From an uncultured Nitrososphaerota archaeon (GTDB taxonomy: Archaea; Asgardarchaeota; Njordarchaeia; Njordarchaeales; Njordarchaeaceae), in NCBI GenBank assembly GCA_964518475.1, contig CAZFGR010000001.1, positions 192,001 through 256,000 on the forward strand: DNA of 64,000 bases, written 5' to 3'. Positions within the stretch are counted from its first letter, which is position 1. The number at the start of each line of letters is the position of its first letter. Position numbers and translations under genes: made by a program. Of the stretch, positions 18,982 to 29,524 are shown piece after piece. The notes beneath the pieces are model-generated. The model made no database searches, had not been told where the DNA came from, and was given only the letters and a program-made list of their open reading frames with translations.

Positions 18982-20490
18982 TTGGTGAAATTATTGCCTC
19001 TCAAATGTTTACATTCGTATTATATTGGTTCCTTATTCCATTGTTGTATTTATGAAGATTCTACGGGATATGTTTATTCAATATTCTTAGATAAAGAGAT
19101 AGAAGTACTAGGGGCTTTGCTAACGTACGAACTAGCGAGAATTGTCAAAAAAACCGCTTATTTAAGATACATAACCAGCTTCCATGATTTTATAGTTGAA
19201 ATGCGAAAACTTGTAGAAAAAAGAGTCGAAAAGAAATTAGAGAAATTCGGGTTGCACAAGAAACTTAAGGACAAGGCTCTAGAGACCTTTATAAAGTACG
19301 TGACCTATCGGTGTATAGGATTCCAAAATCTTATCCCTGTACTACTAGATAACAATGTTGATGAAATATATCTAGATACACCATTTAATGAGATATATAT
19401 TGATCACCAGCATTTTGGGAGATTAAAGGTCTATCCAAAAGCCACAATGGAGGAAGTTGAAAAATTATTATTTATCTCAAAATTCGAATCTGATCATACT
19501 GTTAGTTATGAAAATCCATCCCTTAAAACGGTTCTTCTATCTCCAGACTTTAAAGTTCGAGTAGCTGTTGATTTTCCTCCTCTATGTCCCCAAGGCCCAA
19601 GTATTGATATCAGGCGACTCCGAGAAAAACCATTACCTCCTACTTCATGGCTTCGTAAACGTGCTGATTTAGATTTTCTATCCTTTTTAATTACAAGCCT
19701 TGCTATGAGACCTAATATTGTAATAGTCGGAGAACCTGGTTCTGGAAAAACTTCTTTATTAATTTTTTTGCTAGCTTTACTCCCAGATAAATGGAGGATA
19801 GTAGCTATTGAAGATACTAGAGAAATACCTAATTTGACACCATATGGTAAAAGGATAGTCTACATTAAAGTAAAGCCATTCGAGGCTGAAAGAGTACAAT
19901 ATAGCAAGGAAAAAGAAATAATAAAACTCCTTCATCGTTCGCCTGATTATGTGGCTATAGGGGAACTACAATCTAAAGCCGATAATTTAGCATTTTTCCA
20001 TGCTTTGTCTGCTGGTATTCGAGGAATGGGAACTATACATGCAACAAGTATTGATGAACTATTCGATAGATGGATTAATATCTTCCATATTAAGTCATCC
20101 CTAATAAAGAATCTCGACATCATAGTATTCATGAAGAAAATTATTCTACACAAAAAAATTCTTCGTGGATTAAACGATATCATCTTGCACATTGACCAAG
20201 CAAACCTTTCGAAAGGCGTTCGTTTTGATTTGAACATAAATAGTGTTCATAAAACCATAGCTTTCTGGCAGCCGTTTCGTCCCGAAAATTCTAAGGTTTA
20301 TATACAAGCTCTGATCAACAAAAGAATAAAGAAGAAGAACAGCTTACCAGAAAAAGTCAATCTTTTCCAGAAATATCAAAGTATAATAAGAGAGGAACTA
20401 AAGAGTTCTAGTAACATTGGTGATGAACGAAAATTTTTCATAACCATTTCTAGATTGTTATCCGAGTTACACGATGCTCTTTACTCCTAG
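18982..20490 (+). CDS. type II/IV secretion system ATPase (VirB11/TadA/FlaI-like)
   Basis: GEPGSGKTS, IEDTREI, PDYVAIGE and GTIHA motifs. Confidence 0.85.
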   Translation: MVKLLPLKCLHSYYIGSLFHCCIYEDSTGYVYSIFLDKEIEVLGALLTYELARIVKKTAYLRYITSFHDFIVEMRKLVEKRVEKKLEKFGLHKKLKDKALETFIKYVTYRCIGFQNLIPVLLDNNVDEIYLDTPFNEIYIDHQHFGRLKVYPKATMEEVEKLLFISKFESDHTVSYENPSLKTVLLSPDFKVRVAVDFPPLCPQGPSIDIRRLREKPLPPTSWLRKRADLDFLSFLITSLAMRPNIVIVGEPGSGKTSLLIFLLALLPDKWRIVAIEDTREIPNLTPYGKRIVYIKVKPFEAERVQYSKEKEIIKLLHRSPDYVAIGELQSKADNLAFFHALSAGIRGMGTIHATSIDELFDRWINIFHIKSSLIKNLDIIVFMKKIILHKKILRGLNDIILHIDQANLSKGVRFDLNINSVHKTIAFWQPFRPENSKVYIQALINKRIKKKNSLPEKVNLFQKYQSIIREELKSSSNIGDERKFFITISRLLSELHDALYS

Positions 20491-20542
20491 ACTCGAAAAG
20501 AATTATCCAGCAGATAATAAGTATAAAGCCCGTTGATAAATC

Positions 20543-21487
20543 ATGCCTGAGCCTATCACGATTCACTTCCTAGGCACTGGCGGTACAGCTCCCTTTAAAA
20601 AGAGAAAAATGCCATGTATAGCTGTGAAATTCTTGGATAAGTTAATAATTATGGATATTGGCGAGGGATGCCAATACTCTCTTCTCACAGAAAAATTTCA
20701 CCCAAAACGATCTAAAGTAATAATACTTATTTCTCATTTTCATGCCGATCATACAACAGGCCTTCCAGGATTCCTCAATTCTCTAAAGCTTATGAATAAA
20801 ACAGATCCTATAATAGTTATAGGCCCTAGAGGATTAAGCACATTTTTGAGCCATGTAGAAAAAGCTTTCCAACTAGAAGATAAGCCATACGAACTATTTC
20901 TCAAGGAAATACAAACTGAAAAAACAGACACCCTTATCCAGGCATACGAAGATAAAGAGATAAAGATACTATGTTTTAGAACAATACACCCAAACACTTC
21001 TTCTTTGGGATTTATATTAATGGAAAAAGAGAGCCATAAAACTCTAGCCATCAGGAATAGAGAAGAATTCATGAAACTAAGTTATAACCAAAAAAGAAGA
21101 TTCCTATGCCAAGACTCTTCGTTCGTAGTTATTAGACCCCCTCGTAGTATTGTATACACTGGAGATACACGCCCAATATATTTTTTAAAAGACCTAGTAC
21201 CTACACCTCCAGATTTGATAATACATGATGCGACGTTTATTGGAGATGCACACTATGAGGAAGCTTTGAAAACTGGTCACTCGAGTATTGAAGAGGCATT
21301 AGATATCGCCTCACTATTACGTGCTAGTACGCTTGCACTTGTTCACATCTCACCTAGATACGAATTAGACACGGTAATTAATGCAATTTTGAAGTCTATA
21401 AGAGGGAAAATAGAGAAAGGTCTTCCCGAAAAATTTCTACCAAATATAATAATTCCATGCGATGGTGACATAGTTACGATTAGGTGA
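20543..21487 (+). CDS. rnz: ribonuclease Z
   Basis: FLGTGG, SHFHADHTTGLPG, YTGDTRP, HDATF, GHSS and HISPRY motifs. Confidence 0.9.
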   Translation: MPEPITIHFLGTGGTAPFKKRKMPCIAVKFLDKLIIMDIGEGCQYSLLTEKFHPKRSKVIILISHFHADHTTGLPGFLNSLKLMNKTDPIIVIGPRGLSTFLSHVEKAFQLEDKPYELFLKEIQTEKTDTLIQAYEDKEIKILCFRTIHPNTSSLGFILMEKESHKTLAIRNREEFMKLSYNQKRRFLCQDSSFVVIRPPRSIVYTGDTRPIYFLKDLVPTPPDLIIHDATFIGDAHYEEALKTGHSSIEEALDIASLLRASTLALVHISPRYELDTVINAILKSIRGKIEKGLPEKFLPNIIIPCDGDIVTIR

Positions 21488-22823
21488 GAGAAAGTCCCTC
21501 TTTAACGCATTTAATGATTTCTCTGTAATTTCTTTCGATATTCACCTCGGATCTAGAAATACTTTTACTAAGCAGAGCTCTGAGAATATTTTGCTTAAAG
21601 AATTCCCGCAATACAATTGTCGCATATTCACCTTTTCTTAAAGAAAATTGAAGAATAACTTTTCGTAATCCTCTCACATCTTCCGAATTTATGAAAATAT
21701 AGTGAAATATGGGTTTAAGAAAAGCAGGCCTTAGTGTACCTTTAAAGGAGAGAGGAGGAAAATCATTATTTTTAAACATACTGATAGAAATACCTTCCTC
21801 TTCAAGTACTTCTTTTATAATTTCAGATATATGATCATCTCTTAATTTTGTTTGATAGCCCGGAATTATAATTAGGAAGTTCTGCTTCACATCCTTGGGA
21901 AAGACTCCCTCTAATAGGCTTTTGCTAAGTATTTTATTGAAAATATATGCTTGGTACGCTTCTCCTAACATCCTCAATAGGTAAGCTGGCAACCTTCTTA
22001 AAGCTTCTTTAGGATTTAATCCTTTTAACAGTGCTTTAAGTAGCACTTTTTCGAATAAAAAACCTCTCGTAGGTAGTTCCTTAAGCGCCTGTTCATAATT
22101 CCCATTCTCTATCTCTCGCTTAATTTCTAACATTTTGTTATCATCAACTATTGAAGGCGAAGTTAAGTAAATCCTAATGGCTTCTTCGTATTTTCTGAGG
22201 AATAGGAGCTTACCAACAACATGTGTTATTGGTCTAATTATGCCAAACCGTTGATATCCAAAAAAATTTGGAACCATTATATCTACTAGCTCATCATATG
22301 TTTTTTCCATTTTCAAAATATCCTGACTAGGTATGTCTCTGATTGTAATTGTGAACCTGTTCCCTAAATGCTCACCAATATGTACTCTTCTCAGTTCTCT
22401 AATCGGGGAGAAAATTTTTATTTCTTTGAAGGAACCGGCTATCTCCAGCAATTTACTTGGAGGAACTCCCCAGACAGCGACTCTCTGTACCGTAACCGCT
22501 TCTCTATCTTTGTTTCCACTATAAAAGAAGAATCCCACGGGGACATTTAGTTTCTCAGCAAGCATCCATAGGGCTTCGAAATTCCCAATGTTTCTTTTTA
22601 CTAATACAAAATGAGTGAATAATCCCTCATATCCGGATGATCTCAAAGTCGGTCTCTCTAGAGTTAATATAGTACCATCGGGTAATATTTCTTCTACAAT
22701 AAAGTCTTCAGGTACTGTCTTGAGAACTCCCAAAATTCCGTCAGTTGTCGTCACCCAGCAGTACATTCCGAACAACTTGTCATATTCTGGAACGTCTTTT
22801 CGCAAATTACTCACCCTTTTCAT
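21480..22823 (-). CDS. truD: tRNA pseudouridine(13) synthase TruD/Pus7
   Basis: PEDFIVEEI, GNKDREAVTVQ, GNRF, PNFFGYQRFG and GEYATIVLRE motifs. Confidence 0.93.
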   Translation of the reverse strand: MKRVSNLRKDVPEYDKLFGMYCWVTTTDGILGVLKTVPEDFIVEEILPDGTILTLERPTLRSSGYEGLFTHFVLVKRNIGNFEALWMLAEKLNVPVGFFFYSGNKDREAVTVQRVAVWGVPPSKLLEIAGSFKEIKIFSPIRELRRVHIGEHLGNRFTITIRDIPSQDILKMEKTYDELVDIMVPNFFGYQRFGIIRPITHVVGKLLFLRKYEEAIRIYLTSPSIVDDNKMLEIKREIENGNYEQALKELPTRGFLFEKVLLKALLKGLNPKEALRRLPAYLLRMLGEAYQAYIFNKILSKSLLEGVFPKDVKQNFLIIIPGYQTKLRDDHISEIIKEVLEEEGISISMFKNNDFPPLSFKGTLRPAFLKPIFHYIFINSEDVRGLRKVILQFSLRKGEYATIVLREFFKQNILRALLSKSISRSEVNIERNYREIIKCVKEGLSLT

Positions 22824-23188
22824 AAAAGCTTCAATCCTCTCGTAATATTATCGACTAAACGGGCTGGTGCCGGTCCTATACCAATACACGTAATTGTACC
22901 CGGCGGAACTACGGTCAATCCAGCATCCTTAATTAGACAGCAAGGCAATCCAGCATTTTTTGCTTTGTTGTAGATACTTAGTAATTCCTCTAAGGACTTC
23001 ACTTTTACAACAATTTTTTTCTGACCACTATTTAACCATGCATCCGCCCATTCTTTTCGTATCTTTAAGGCTTCAAGATAAGCTGTTATAGCAGCATGTG
23101 CTACTTGTACACACAGTTTGCCTTTAGGTAAACCTAAATCAGTTCTAACCACTATAACTTGTTTGTAATCTTCTCCCAATGATACCAA
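22820..23188 (-). CDS. pth2: peptidyl-tRNA hydrolase Pth2 (start inferred at a TTG after GGTGA)
   Basis: KQVIVVRTDL, GKLCVQVAHA and DAGLTVVPPGTITCIGIGP motifs. Confidence 0.92.
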   Translation of the reverse strand: MVSLGEDYKQVIVVRTDLGLPKGKLCVQVAHAAITAYLEALKIRKEWADAWLNSGQKKIVVKVKSLEELLSIYNKAKNAGLPCCLIKDAGLTVVPPGTITCIGIGPAPARLVDNITRGLKLL

Positions 23189-23198
23189 TTGTTTCACC

Positions 23199-23744
23199 GT
23201 GAATATTATGTTATCTCTTAAACAAGAATTTATCCGAAGATACTTGAAATACTTGTTAACAGACGTTACTGTTGTGCCCATTGAAGATTTTGAAGTAGAA
23301 ACTCTTAGTAAAAACTATAGATTCGTAGTTGGGGAGGAAATAAAAATACCTCGATGGTTAGCAAAAATCCTTGAGAAAAAAGGAAAAGTAAAAATTAAGG
23401 ATGAGACGGATGTAAGAGAGACTCTTGGAAGATTGCCATATTATATAGTTAGAGAATCAGAAGGGGCTTCTATAGAGATAGAACTGGATTTGTATCTTAA
23501 AGCTAAAGAATACCTCGAAAAGCTCGAAAACTCCAACGTAAAAGAACGTATAAGAGAGATGATTATGCGGTTTATCCGTATAAGATTGCCTAAATTGCTT
23601 CGAAAAGCAATAGTTCCGGGAAGTGAAAAAGAAGCACTCATATGGGAAGATGTACTAATAGCCCTCATCAGAAATGCGCACGAACATTGGGTAAAAACTT
23701 TTTTGGAAACAGATCTATCCAAGCTTCGCGACTTTATACTCTAA
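23199..23744 (+). CDS. GINS subunit (Gins23/Psf2-like)
   Basis: N-terminal B-domain GEEIKIPRWLAKILEKKG; directly upstream of mcm. Confidence 0.75.
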   Translation: MNIMLSLKQEFIRRYLKYLLTDVTVVPIEDFEVETLSKNYRFVVGEEIKIPRWLAKILEKKGKVKIKDETDVRETLGRLPYYIVRESEGASIEIELDLYLKAKEYLEKLENSNVKERIREMIMRFIRIRLPKLLRKAIVPGSEKEALIWEDVLIALIRNAHEHWVKTFLETDLSKLRDFIL

Positions 23745-23950
23745 CATCAACTTTTATGATTTTTACTTTTACTTTGCGTTCTAATATTATGAATTCTAGA
23801 GTAAAAATTTTATTCTACAAGTATCTACTAACTAACTTCTTGAAAATGTCTTATGCCCATATTATGACTCTAAAAATAATAATGATTACTACTTAGTCAC
23901 TTATTCAGTTTGATAGTGACTCAAAAGTTATGAGGAAGAAGGGATAATAA

Positions 23951-26059
23951 GTGGCTTTAGAAGAGGACATGGAAATATCAGAGAAGGAACTAGAGGACAG
24001 ATTCTTAGACTTTCTCCTGAACTTTACTACTCCCGATGACCGGGGACGGGCTCATAATAAATATGCTGACGAGATACAGTTAATAGCTACCGACGAAACT
24101 AGGAGATCGCTACTAGTTGACTACACGGACCTAGCATTATATGATCCAGACCTTGCTGAAAAATTTATGCAAGAGCCCGAGAAAGTTCTAAGGATCTTTG
24201 AGAGAGCTTTTAGACGAGCCTTAAAGATGATGAACGAGGATTTAACAGACTCTCTTCTTAGAAGGTATAGACTTCGATTTAAAAATATTGGAAAACCGTT
24301 ATCTATCCGAGAATTGCATAGAGCTGAGAATTTAGGAAAAATTGTTAGTTTTAAAGGAATCGTAGTAAAAGCGATTAAAGTAAAACCAATTTTGCGTAGA
24401 GCCCTGTTTCGCTGTATGTCTTGTGGTTTTGTATTTCCTCTAGAATTTGAAGGCGAATATCAAAAACCTTCAGAGTGTCCTAACCCTGCTTGTGATAATA
24501 CTACTAGATTCGAAATGCTTAGAGAAGGCATGGAATTTGAAGAATTTCAGGAATTATCTATCCAAGAATTGCCGGAGGAATTGCCTCCTGGGCAGCTTCC
24601 TCAGAGCATCAATGTAACAGTTTGGGGAGATTTAGCTGGGAAAATAAGGCCTGGTGAGAGAGTAACCGTTTATGGAATTGTTAAGACTGTTTTGGAAAAA
24701 CCGTTAAAAGCTGGTCGAAGACCCCTGTTCGATATTTTCGTTGATGCCTTATATATTGATAGTGAATCAGGAGAACTGGGAGAAATCGAGATTACTGAGG
24801 AAGAAAAGGAAAAGATTTTAGCACTAAAAAAGGATCAAAAACTCGAGGAAAAAATTATCAAAAGTATTGCTCCGTCTATTTACGGATATGATATGATAAA
24901 GAAGGCCATAGCTGCTTTGCTTTTCGGTGGTGTACCTAAAGTATTACCTGATGGAACAAAAATCCGAGGAACAATCAACGTATTACTCGTCGGAGATCCC
25001 GGTACCGGAAAATCACAACTCCTCAAATATGTAGCCCAGATTGCGCCTAGGGCGATATATACATCGGGCAAAGGAGCTTCCGCTGCTGGCCTTACTGCAG
25101 CAGTGGTTAAGACAGCTGATGGGTGGGCTCTCGAAGCAGGAGTTCTTGTCCTTGCGGATAAAGGCATAGCTTGTATTGATGAGTTCGATAAAATGTCAAC
25201 TGATGATAGACGAGCACTTCACGAAGCGATGGAACAACAAACTGTCTCTATAGCAAAAGCTGGTATTGTGGCTACATTAAATGCACGAACATCGATTTTA
25301 GCGGCCGCTAATCCGAAGTTTGGTCGATATTTACCTAATAGAGAACTTGGGGAGAACATCGATTTGCCCCCCACTATACTATCTAGATTTGACTTAATAT
25401 TTGTCCTTATCGACCGTCCTGATAAGATGAAAGATTCTGAGCAAGCTTCATACATTCTTGGTCTTCACACAAAAACGATCAAACCAGAGCCTCCTCTGCC
25501 ACCAGAATTTTTAAGAAAATATATTCAGTACGCTCGGGAGTATATTATGCCTGTTTGGACAAAAGAGGCTGCTGAAAAAATAAAAGAATTCTACATAAAA
25601 ATGCGCGCATCCAGTAAGGCTGCTGAGGAGGAATCTCTAGAAATTAGCCCTATAGCTATTACTGCTAGGCAATTAGAAGCTCTAGTAAGGTTAGCGGAAG
25701 CTCATGCGAGGATGTTATTGAAGGAAGTCGTCGATGAGAAGGACGCTGAATTCGCTATAGAGTTAATGAGATATTCTCTTTCTCAAGTAGGTCGTGATCC
25801 ATATAGTGGAAAAATAGACATTGATATTGTCTCCACGGGTGTTTCTCATACGAAGAGAGCAAAATACTTAGAAGTCTTAGATATCATAAGAGATCTCCAG
25901 CAAGAGTATCCGGAAGGTGTACCAGTAAAAAGAATAGTTGAAGAAGCGGCTAAAAGGAATATCTCTGAACAATTTGTGATGGAAATTCTTTCAAGAGAAA
26001 AAGCTCGTGGTAGTATCTATGAGCCTAAGCCTGGCAGATATAAGTTAATCCCCCATTAG
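23951..26059 (+). CDS. mcm: replicative helicase MCM
   Basis: C4 Zn finger, GDPGTGKSQ, IDEFDKM, SRFD arginine finger, C-terminal winged helix; no intein seen. Confidence 0.96.
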   Translation: MALEEDMEISEKELEDRFLDFLLNFTTPDDRGRAHNKYADEIQLIATDETRRSLLVDYTDLALYDPDLAEKFMQEPEKVLRIFERAFRRALKMMNEDLTDSLLRRYRLRFKNIGKPLSIRELHRAENLGKIVSFKGIVVKAIKVKPILRRALFRCMSCGFVFPLEFEGEYQKPSECPNPACDNTTRFEMLREGMEFEEFQELSIQELPEELPPGQLPQSINVTVWGDLAGKIRPGERVTVYGIVKTVLEKPLKAGRRPLFDIFVDALYIDSESGELGEIEITEEEKEKILALKKDQKLEEKIIKSIAPSIYGYDMIKKAIAALLFGGVPKVLPDGTKIRGTINVLLVGDPGTGKSQLLKYVAQIAPRAIYTSGKGASAAGLTAAVVKTADGWALEAGVLVLADKGIACIDEFDKMSTDDRRALHEAMEQQTVSIAKAGIVATLNARTSILAAANPKFGRYLPNRELGENIDLPPTILSRFDLIFVLIDRPDKMKDSEQASYILGLHTKTIKPEPPLPPEFLRKYIQYAREYIMPVWTKEAAEKIKEFYIKMRASSKAAEEESLEISPIAITARQLEALVRLAEAHARMLLKEVVDEKDAEFAIELMRYSLSQVGRDPYSGKIDIDIVSTGVSHTKRAKYLEVLDIIRDLQQEYPEGVPVKRIVEEAAKRNISEQFVMEILSREKARGSIYEPKPGRYKLIPH

Positions 26060-26581
26060 TAGCTTTTTCTTTTTAGCTTTTTTAGGTTTCCTAACAATTA
26101 CTACATCCCCTAATGTTAACTGGCTTACTCTCTTCTTCTGATGAGAGGTTTTATACTGTTCTGCAAATTCATCTGGTTCAATGGGTCGTCTTAAGGAAAT
26201 TTTTAAAACCTTCTCTATTTTCGTAATTACGTGTTCTGGCGGTATGATTTTTTCTCTCTCAATTTTTTTGATAAAACTTAATGGCTCTCCTATCAATCTT
26301 GCCAAATCCTCTTGAGACAACTTCATCCTTTCTCTTGCTAATCGTATTTTTTCACCATAATTATCTACTAAATCCCAAGAAAAAACCTCTAATATTCGTA
26401 TTTTATGAGATTTAGTACTACTTCTCGTAAAAGTTCTCTTCCTTTGTCTATTAGAAGATGAAACTGGAGACCCATACTTAGCACACTCGTCACATAGAAT
26501 TAAAACTGCTCCTTCAACTTCGTAATACTTAGGTTTTAAAATCGGTCTTCCACATATCTCACAATAGTAGGTTGTACTCAC
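26045..26581 (-). CDS. mbf1: multiprotein bridging factor aMBF1
   Basis: CEICG...LCDECAKYG Zn ribbon, HTH, and TLGDVV motif. Confidence 0.9.
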   Translation of the reverse strand: MSTTYYCEICGRPILKPKYYEVEGAVLILCDECAKYGSPVSSSNRQRKRTFTRSSTKSHKIRILEVFSWDLVDNYGEKIRLARERMKLSQEDLARLIGEPLSFIKKIEREKIIPPEHVITKIEKVLKISLRRPIEPDEFAEQYKTSHQKKRVSQLTLGDVVIVRKPKKAKKKKLLMGD

Positions 26582-26680
26582 AAGTCACACCGGAAATTTT
26601 TAAGTTTATATTAATAATAGAAAATGTAACGGTGTTGAATATAAAGTTGAATATAAATATTAGAAATCGAGGGGCTTCTT

Positions 26681-27247
26681 TTGCGAATAGTTCTCCTTGG
26701 CCCTCCGGGAGCTGGTAAAGGTACTCAAGCCGCACTTTTAAAAGAAAAGTTTGGTATTCCTCATATCTCTACTGGAGAAATATTTCGAGAAGAAATAGAG
26801 AAAGGCTCAGCATTAGGAATCAGAATCAGAGAGTTTGTCTCTAAAGGGATTTTAGTACCCGATGAAATCGTCGTAGAAGTTGTCAAGAATCGTTTATCCG
26901 CCTCAGATTGTATTAATGGCTGGATTTTAGACGGTTTTCCTCGTACTCTTAATCAAGCAAAACTTCTTGACAAAATTCTCCAAAATATGGAACAAAAAAT
27001 AGATATCGCAATTTATATTGATGTGCCAGAAGAAGAAGCTATAAGAAGACTTCTGAGTAGAGGTAGGGGAGACGATAAAATTTGTACACTTAAACGACGA
27101 TTCAAAGAGTATCTAAATAAAACAGCTCCCGTAATAGAGTACTATAAGGAGAAGGGCTTACTAGTAATGATTAATGGTGTGGGGAGTATAGAAGAAGTTC
27201 ATCTAAGAATATTAAATGCTTTGAAAGAAAAGAGAATTATCAATTAA
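26681..27247 (+). CDS. adk: adenylate kinase, bacterial-type with short LID
   Basis: GPPGAGKGTQA, HISTG and ILDGFPRT motifs. Confidence 0.92.
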   Translation: MRIVLLGPPGAGKGTQAALLKEKFGIPHISTGEIFREEIEKGSALGIRIREFVSKGILVPDEIVVEVVKNRLSASDCINGWILDGFPRTLNQAKLLDKILQNMEQKIDIAIYIDVPEEEAIRRLLSRGRGDDKICTLKRRFKEYLNKTAPVIEYYKEKGLLVMINGVGSIEEVHLRILNALKEKRIIN

Positions 27248-27282
27248 TCTAGTCTATAACTAGTACGGCAATCAGTAACTCG

Positions 27283-27900
27283 TTACTTAATCAATATTAC
27301 TAAATATGCTATTTCCCCCGTGTCATCAATAACGAGCTGACCTAAAGATGCTAAGTCATTTAGAACAACCTTTAACACTTGTTTGTCAATCTCTAACATA
27401 TTTATTAACTCTTTGAAGGAAACCTTTTTTCTTTCTTTAAGAACATGTAATATTTTCTTCGCTACATCACTTTCAGCGGGTCTTTTAATAAAGATAACAT
27501 TATTCATTGATCCAATAACGCCTTTCTTATTTAAAGTCTTTAAAACTTCCCTTAAATCATTCTCACTTATTCCTAGCTTCGTCATGAGATTATTTATTAG
27601 TTCATCCTCTAATAACACGCCTCCTGACTCTTTTAAATTGTCAATAATTAGTTCTTGTAGAGTTTCCTCATTTGTCTTGTTTGTTTCAAGATTTCCAAAT
27701 TCTCTCTTAATATTTTCGAGGAGAGAAACTGCTTTGAATGGCACATAATTTCTTTTGAATAATCGTTCCTCTAACTGATTAAGATGCTTACGAATTAACT
27801 CTTTCTCAGCCCTAATTTCTTTATTAATTTTCTGTGATGTCCTTTCAAGCCATTGTTTTTTGCTCTCTCTTATGGCTTGATTATTCCTTCTCTTGTTCAC
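27283..27900 (-). CDS. helical N-terminus plus tandem winged-helix protein, ESCRT-II (Vps22/36/25)-like candidate
   Basis: Two wH-like repeats (LKESGGVLLEDEL...LNKKGVI; KKVSFKELINML...LASLGQLVIDD); overlaps the ESCRT-III gene. Confidence 0.55.
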   Translation of the reverse strand: MNKRRNNQAIRESKKQWLERTSQKINKEIRAEKELIRKHLNQLEERLFKRNYVPFKAVSLLENIKREFGNLETNKTNEETLQELIIDNLKESGGVLLEDELINNLMTKLGISENDLREVLKTLNKKGVIGSMNNVIFIKRPAESDVAKKILHVLKERKKVSFKELINMLEIDKQVLKVVLNDLASLGQLVIDDTGEIAYLVILIK

Positions 27901-28432
27901 TTTCTAAAACCTCCTCTGAAGCCTCTTCTACAATTTCTGGTAACTCCTCCTTCAACATTTCTTCAGCAATACTCTCTGCCCGTTTAAGAAACTCCGCAAC
28001 TTCGTATTCACTGACACTTAAATCATGCTCATCCACAACTACTCCAACATTTCTTAATGCGTATTTTATTTGCTCTATTGCATCGATAAGTCCCACCTTA
28101 TTCAAAGATTTTTCAATAGATAACAAAGCTTTAGCTGCTGAAAGTAAGGCTTTTTCCGTTTCCCTAGCTAAATAAACGGATTCCAAATCTAACCTAACAG
28201 ATCTAAGTTTCGATAGGTATTTTCGTAACAGATTTTTTCTCTTTCTTATCATTAGGATATCTCTAGCATAATCTCTAGCCGCTTCCTCATCCTTATTCAA
28301 AATGGCTTCTACTAACTTCTCACGTAACTTTTTCTCCTCCAAATTCATTCTTTTAAGCGTGTTTTCCACTCTCTTTTCGAGAAATTTTAATGAAAAAACA
28401 GTATCCCCTACATTTTTTTTCAATATCTTCAC
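27881..28432 (-). CDS. ESCRT-III/Snf7 family protein (CdvB/Vps2-24-46-like)
   Basis: Basic helical hairpin KLVEAILNKDEEAARDYARDILMIRK and acidic C-terminus ending ELPE. Confidence 0.78.
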   Translation of the reverse strand: MKILKKNVGDTVFSLKFLEKRVENTLKRMNLEEKKLREKLVEAILNKDEEAARDYARDILMIRKRKNLLRKYLSKLRSVRLDLESVYLARETEKALLSAAKALLSIEKSLNKVGLIDAIEQIKYALRNVGVVVDEHDLSVSEYEVAEFLKRAESIAEEMLKEELPEIVEEASEEVLESEQEKE

Positions 28433-28554
28433 CGTTAAGCTTTATTGAATGAGAAACTGCACCCCTACAAAGTATGTGTATTGATCGAAACTATTAAAAA
28501 CATCTAGTGAACTTGTTCATAAGTATTAACACTTGCCTAGGAAGGTTGCCTTCA

Positions 28555-28797
28555 ATGATAATCCCAGTTAGATGTTTTACCTGCGGGAAAGTCATTGGTC
28601 ATCTATGGGAAGAATACAAAAAGAGGATAGACGCGGGCGAGGATCCCGGCAAGGTACTTGATGAACTAGGTATTAAAAAAGAATGTTGCAGACGAATGTT
28701 TATCTCCCACATCGATATGATTGATGAGATAATCTTATATGAGTTAACACCCACTGCAAAAAGAAAGATACTAAAAAAGGAGGAGTCTAAGAAATGA
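28555..28797 (+). CDS. rpoN: RNA polymerase subunit Rpo10 (N)
   Basis: [12 protein letters not shown]...CCRRM motif. Confidence 0.95.
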   Translation: MIIPVRCFTCGKVIGHLWEEYKKRIDAGEDPGKVLDELGIKKECCRRMFISHIDMIDEIILYELTPTAKRKILKKEESKK

Positions 28798-29447
28798 GTG
28801 TTAGGAGAAAAGGAGTTTCGATCTCTGAGGAATTTGAAGAGATAGCTCCAAAGGAAGAAATGCTAGTTCCTATGAAGACATACATAAGATACGGAACTCA
28901 TATAGGAACCAATAAGAAGACAAAAGACATGGAACGCTTCATCTTTAAGCGCAAGGGAGGAGTCTACCTAATAAACATTGTAAAGACCGATGAAAGATTA
29001 CGATTAGCAGCGAGATTACTGGCAAAATATGAGCCTAATGAAGTGGCGGTATTCGGAAGCAGGTTGTATGCACAGAAACCAATTATAAAAATGGGTGAGT
29101 GGACAAAATTCACTATATTTCCGGGTCGTTATTTACCTGGAACACTCACAAATCCTGAACTAGTAACATATACGGAGCCAGAGATAATACTTGTCTCAGA
29201 TCCGATAAAGGAGAGACAAGCCATACAGGAAGCATTCATGATAGGAATCCCTGTGATCGCACTCTGTGATACTAATAATGTGCTATCGAATATAGATCTA
29301 GCAATACCTGCTAATAATAAGGGCAGGAAAAGTCTAGCACTGATCTTTTGGCTTTTAACAAACCAGGTGCTAAGAGAGAGAGGAGAACTCGGCAAAGATG
29401 AGACAATCAAAGAAACACCAGAGGACTTCATGATAATGCTTTCATAA
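28794..29447 (+). CDS. rps2: 30S ribosomal protein uS2
   Basis: [17 protein letters not shown] and [18 protein letters not shown] motifs. Confidence 0.95.
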   Translation: MSVRRKGVSISEEFEEIAPKEEMLVPMKTYIRYGTHIGTNKKTKDMERFIFKRKGGVYLINIVKTDERLRLAARLLAKYEPNEVAVFGSRLYAQKPIIKMGEWTKFTIFPGRYLPGTLTNPELVTYTEPEIILVSDPIKERQAIQEAFMIGIPVIALCDTNNVLSNIDLAIPANNKGRKSLALIFWLLTNQVLRERGELGKDETIKETPEDFMIMLS

Positions 29448-29524
29448 GAAATAAATAGAGTTGAGCCATTAAGCTTATCTTTCAAAAGCCACTAAAGGGT
29501 TTATTCTAACTGAGGTGAAAAGAA

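Noticed and set aside
23895-23921. AGTCACT-N13-AGTGACT inverted repeat upstream of mcm
   Set aside because: Short single instance in AT-rich DNA; cannot be distinguished from chance.
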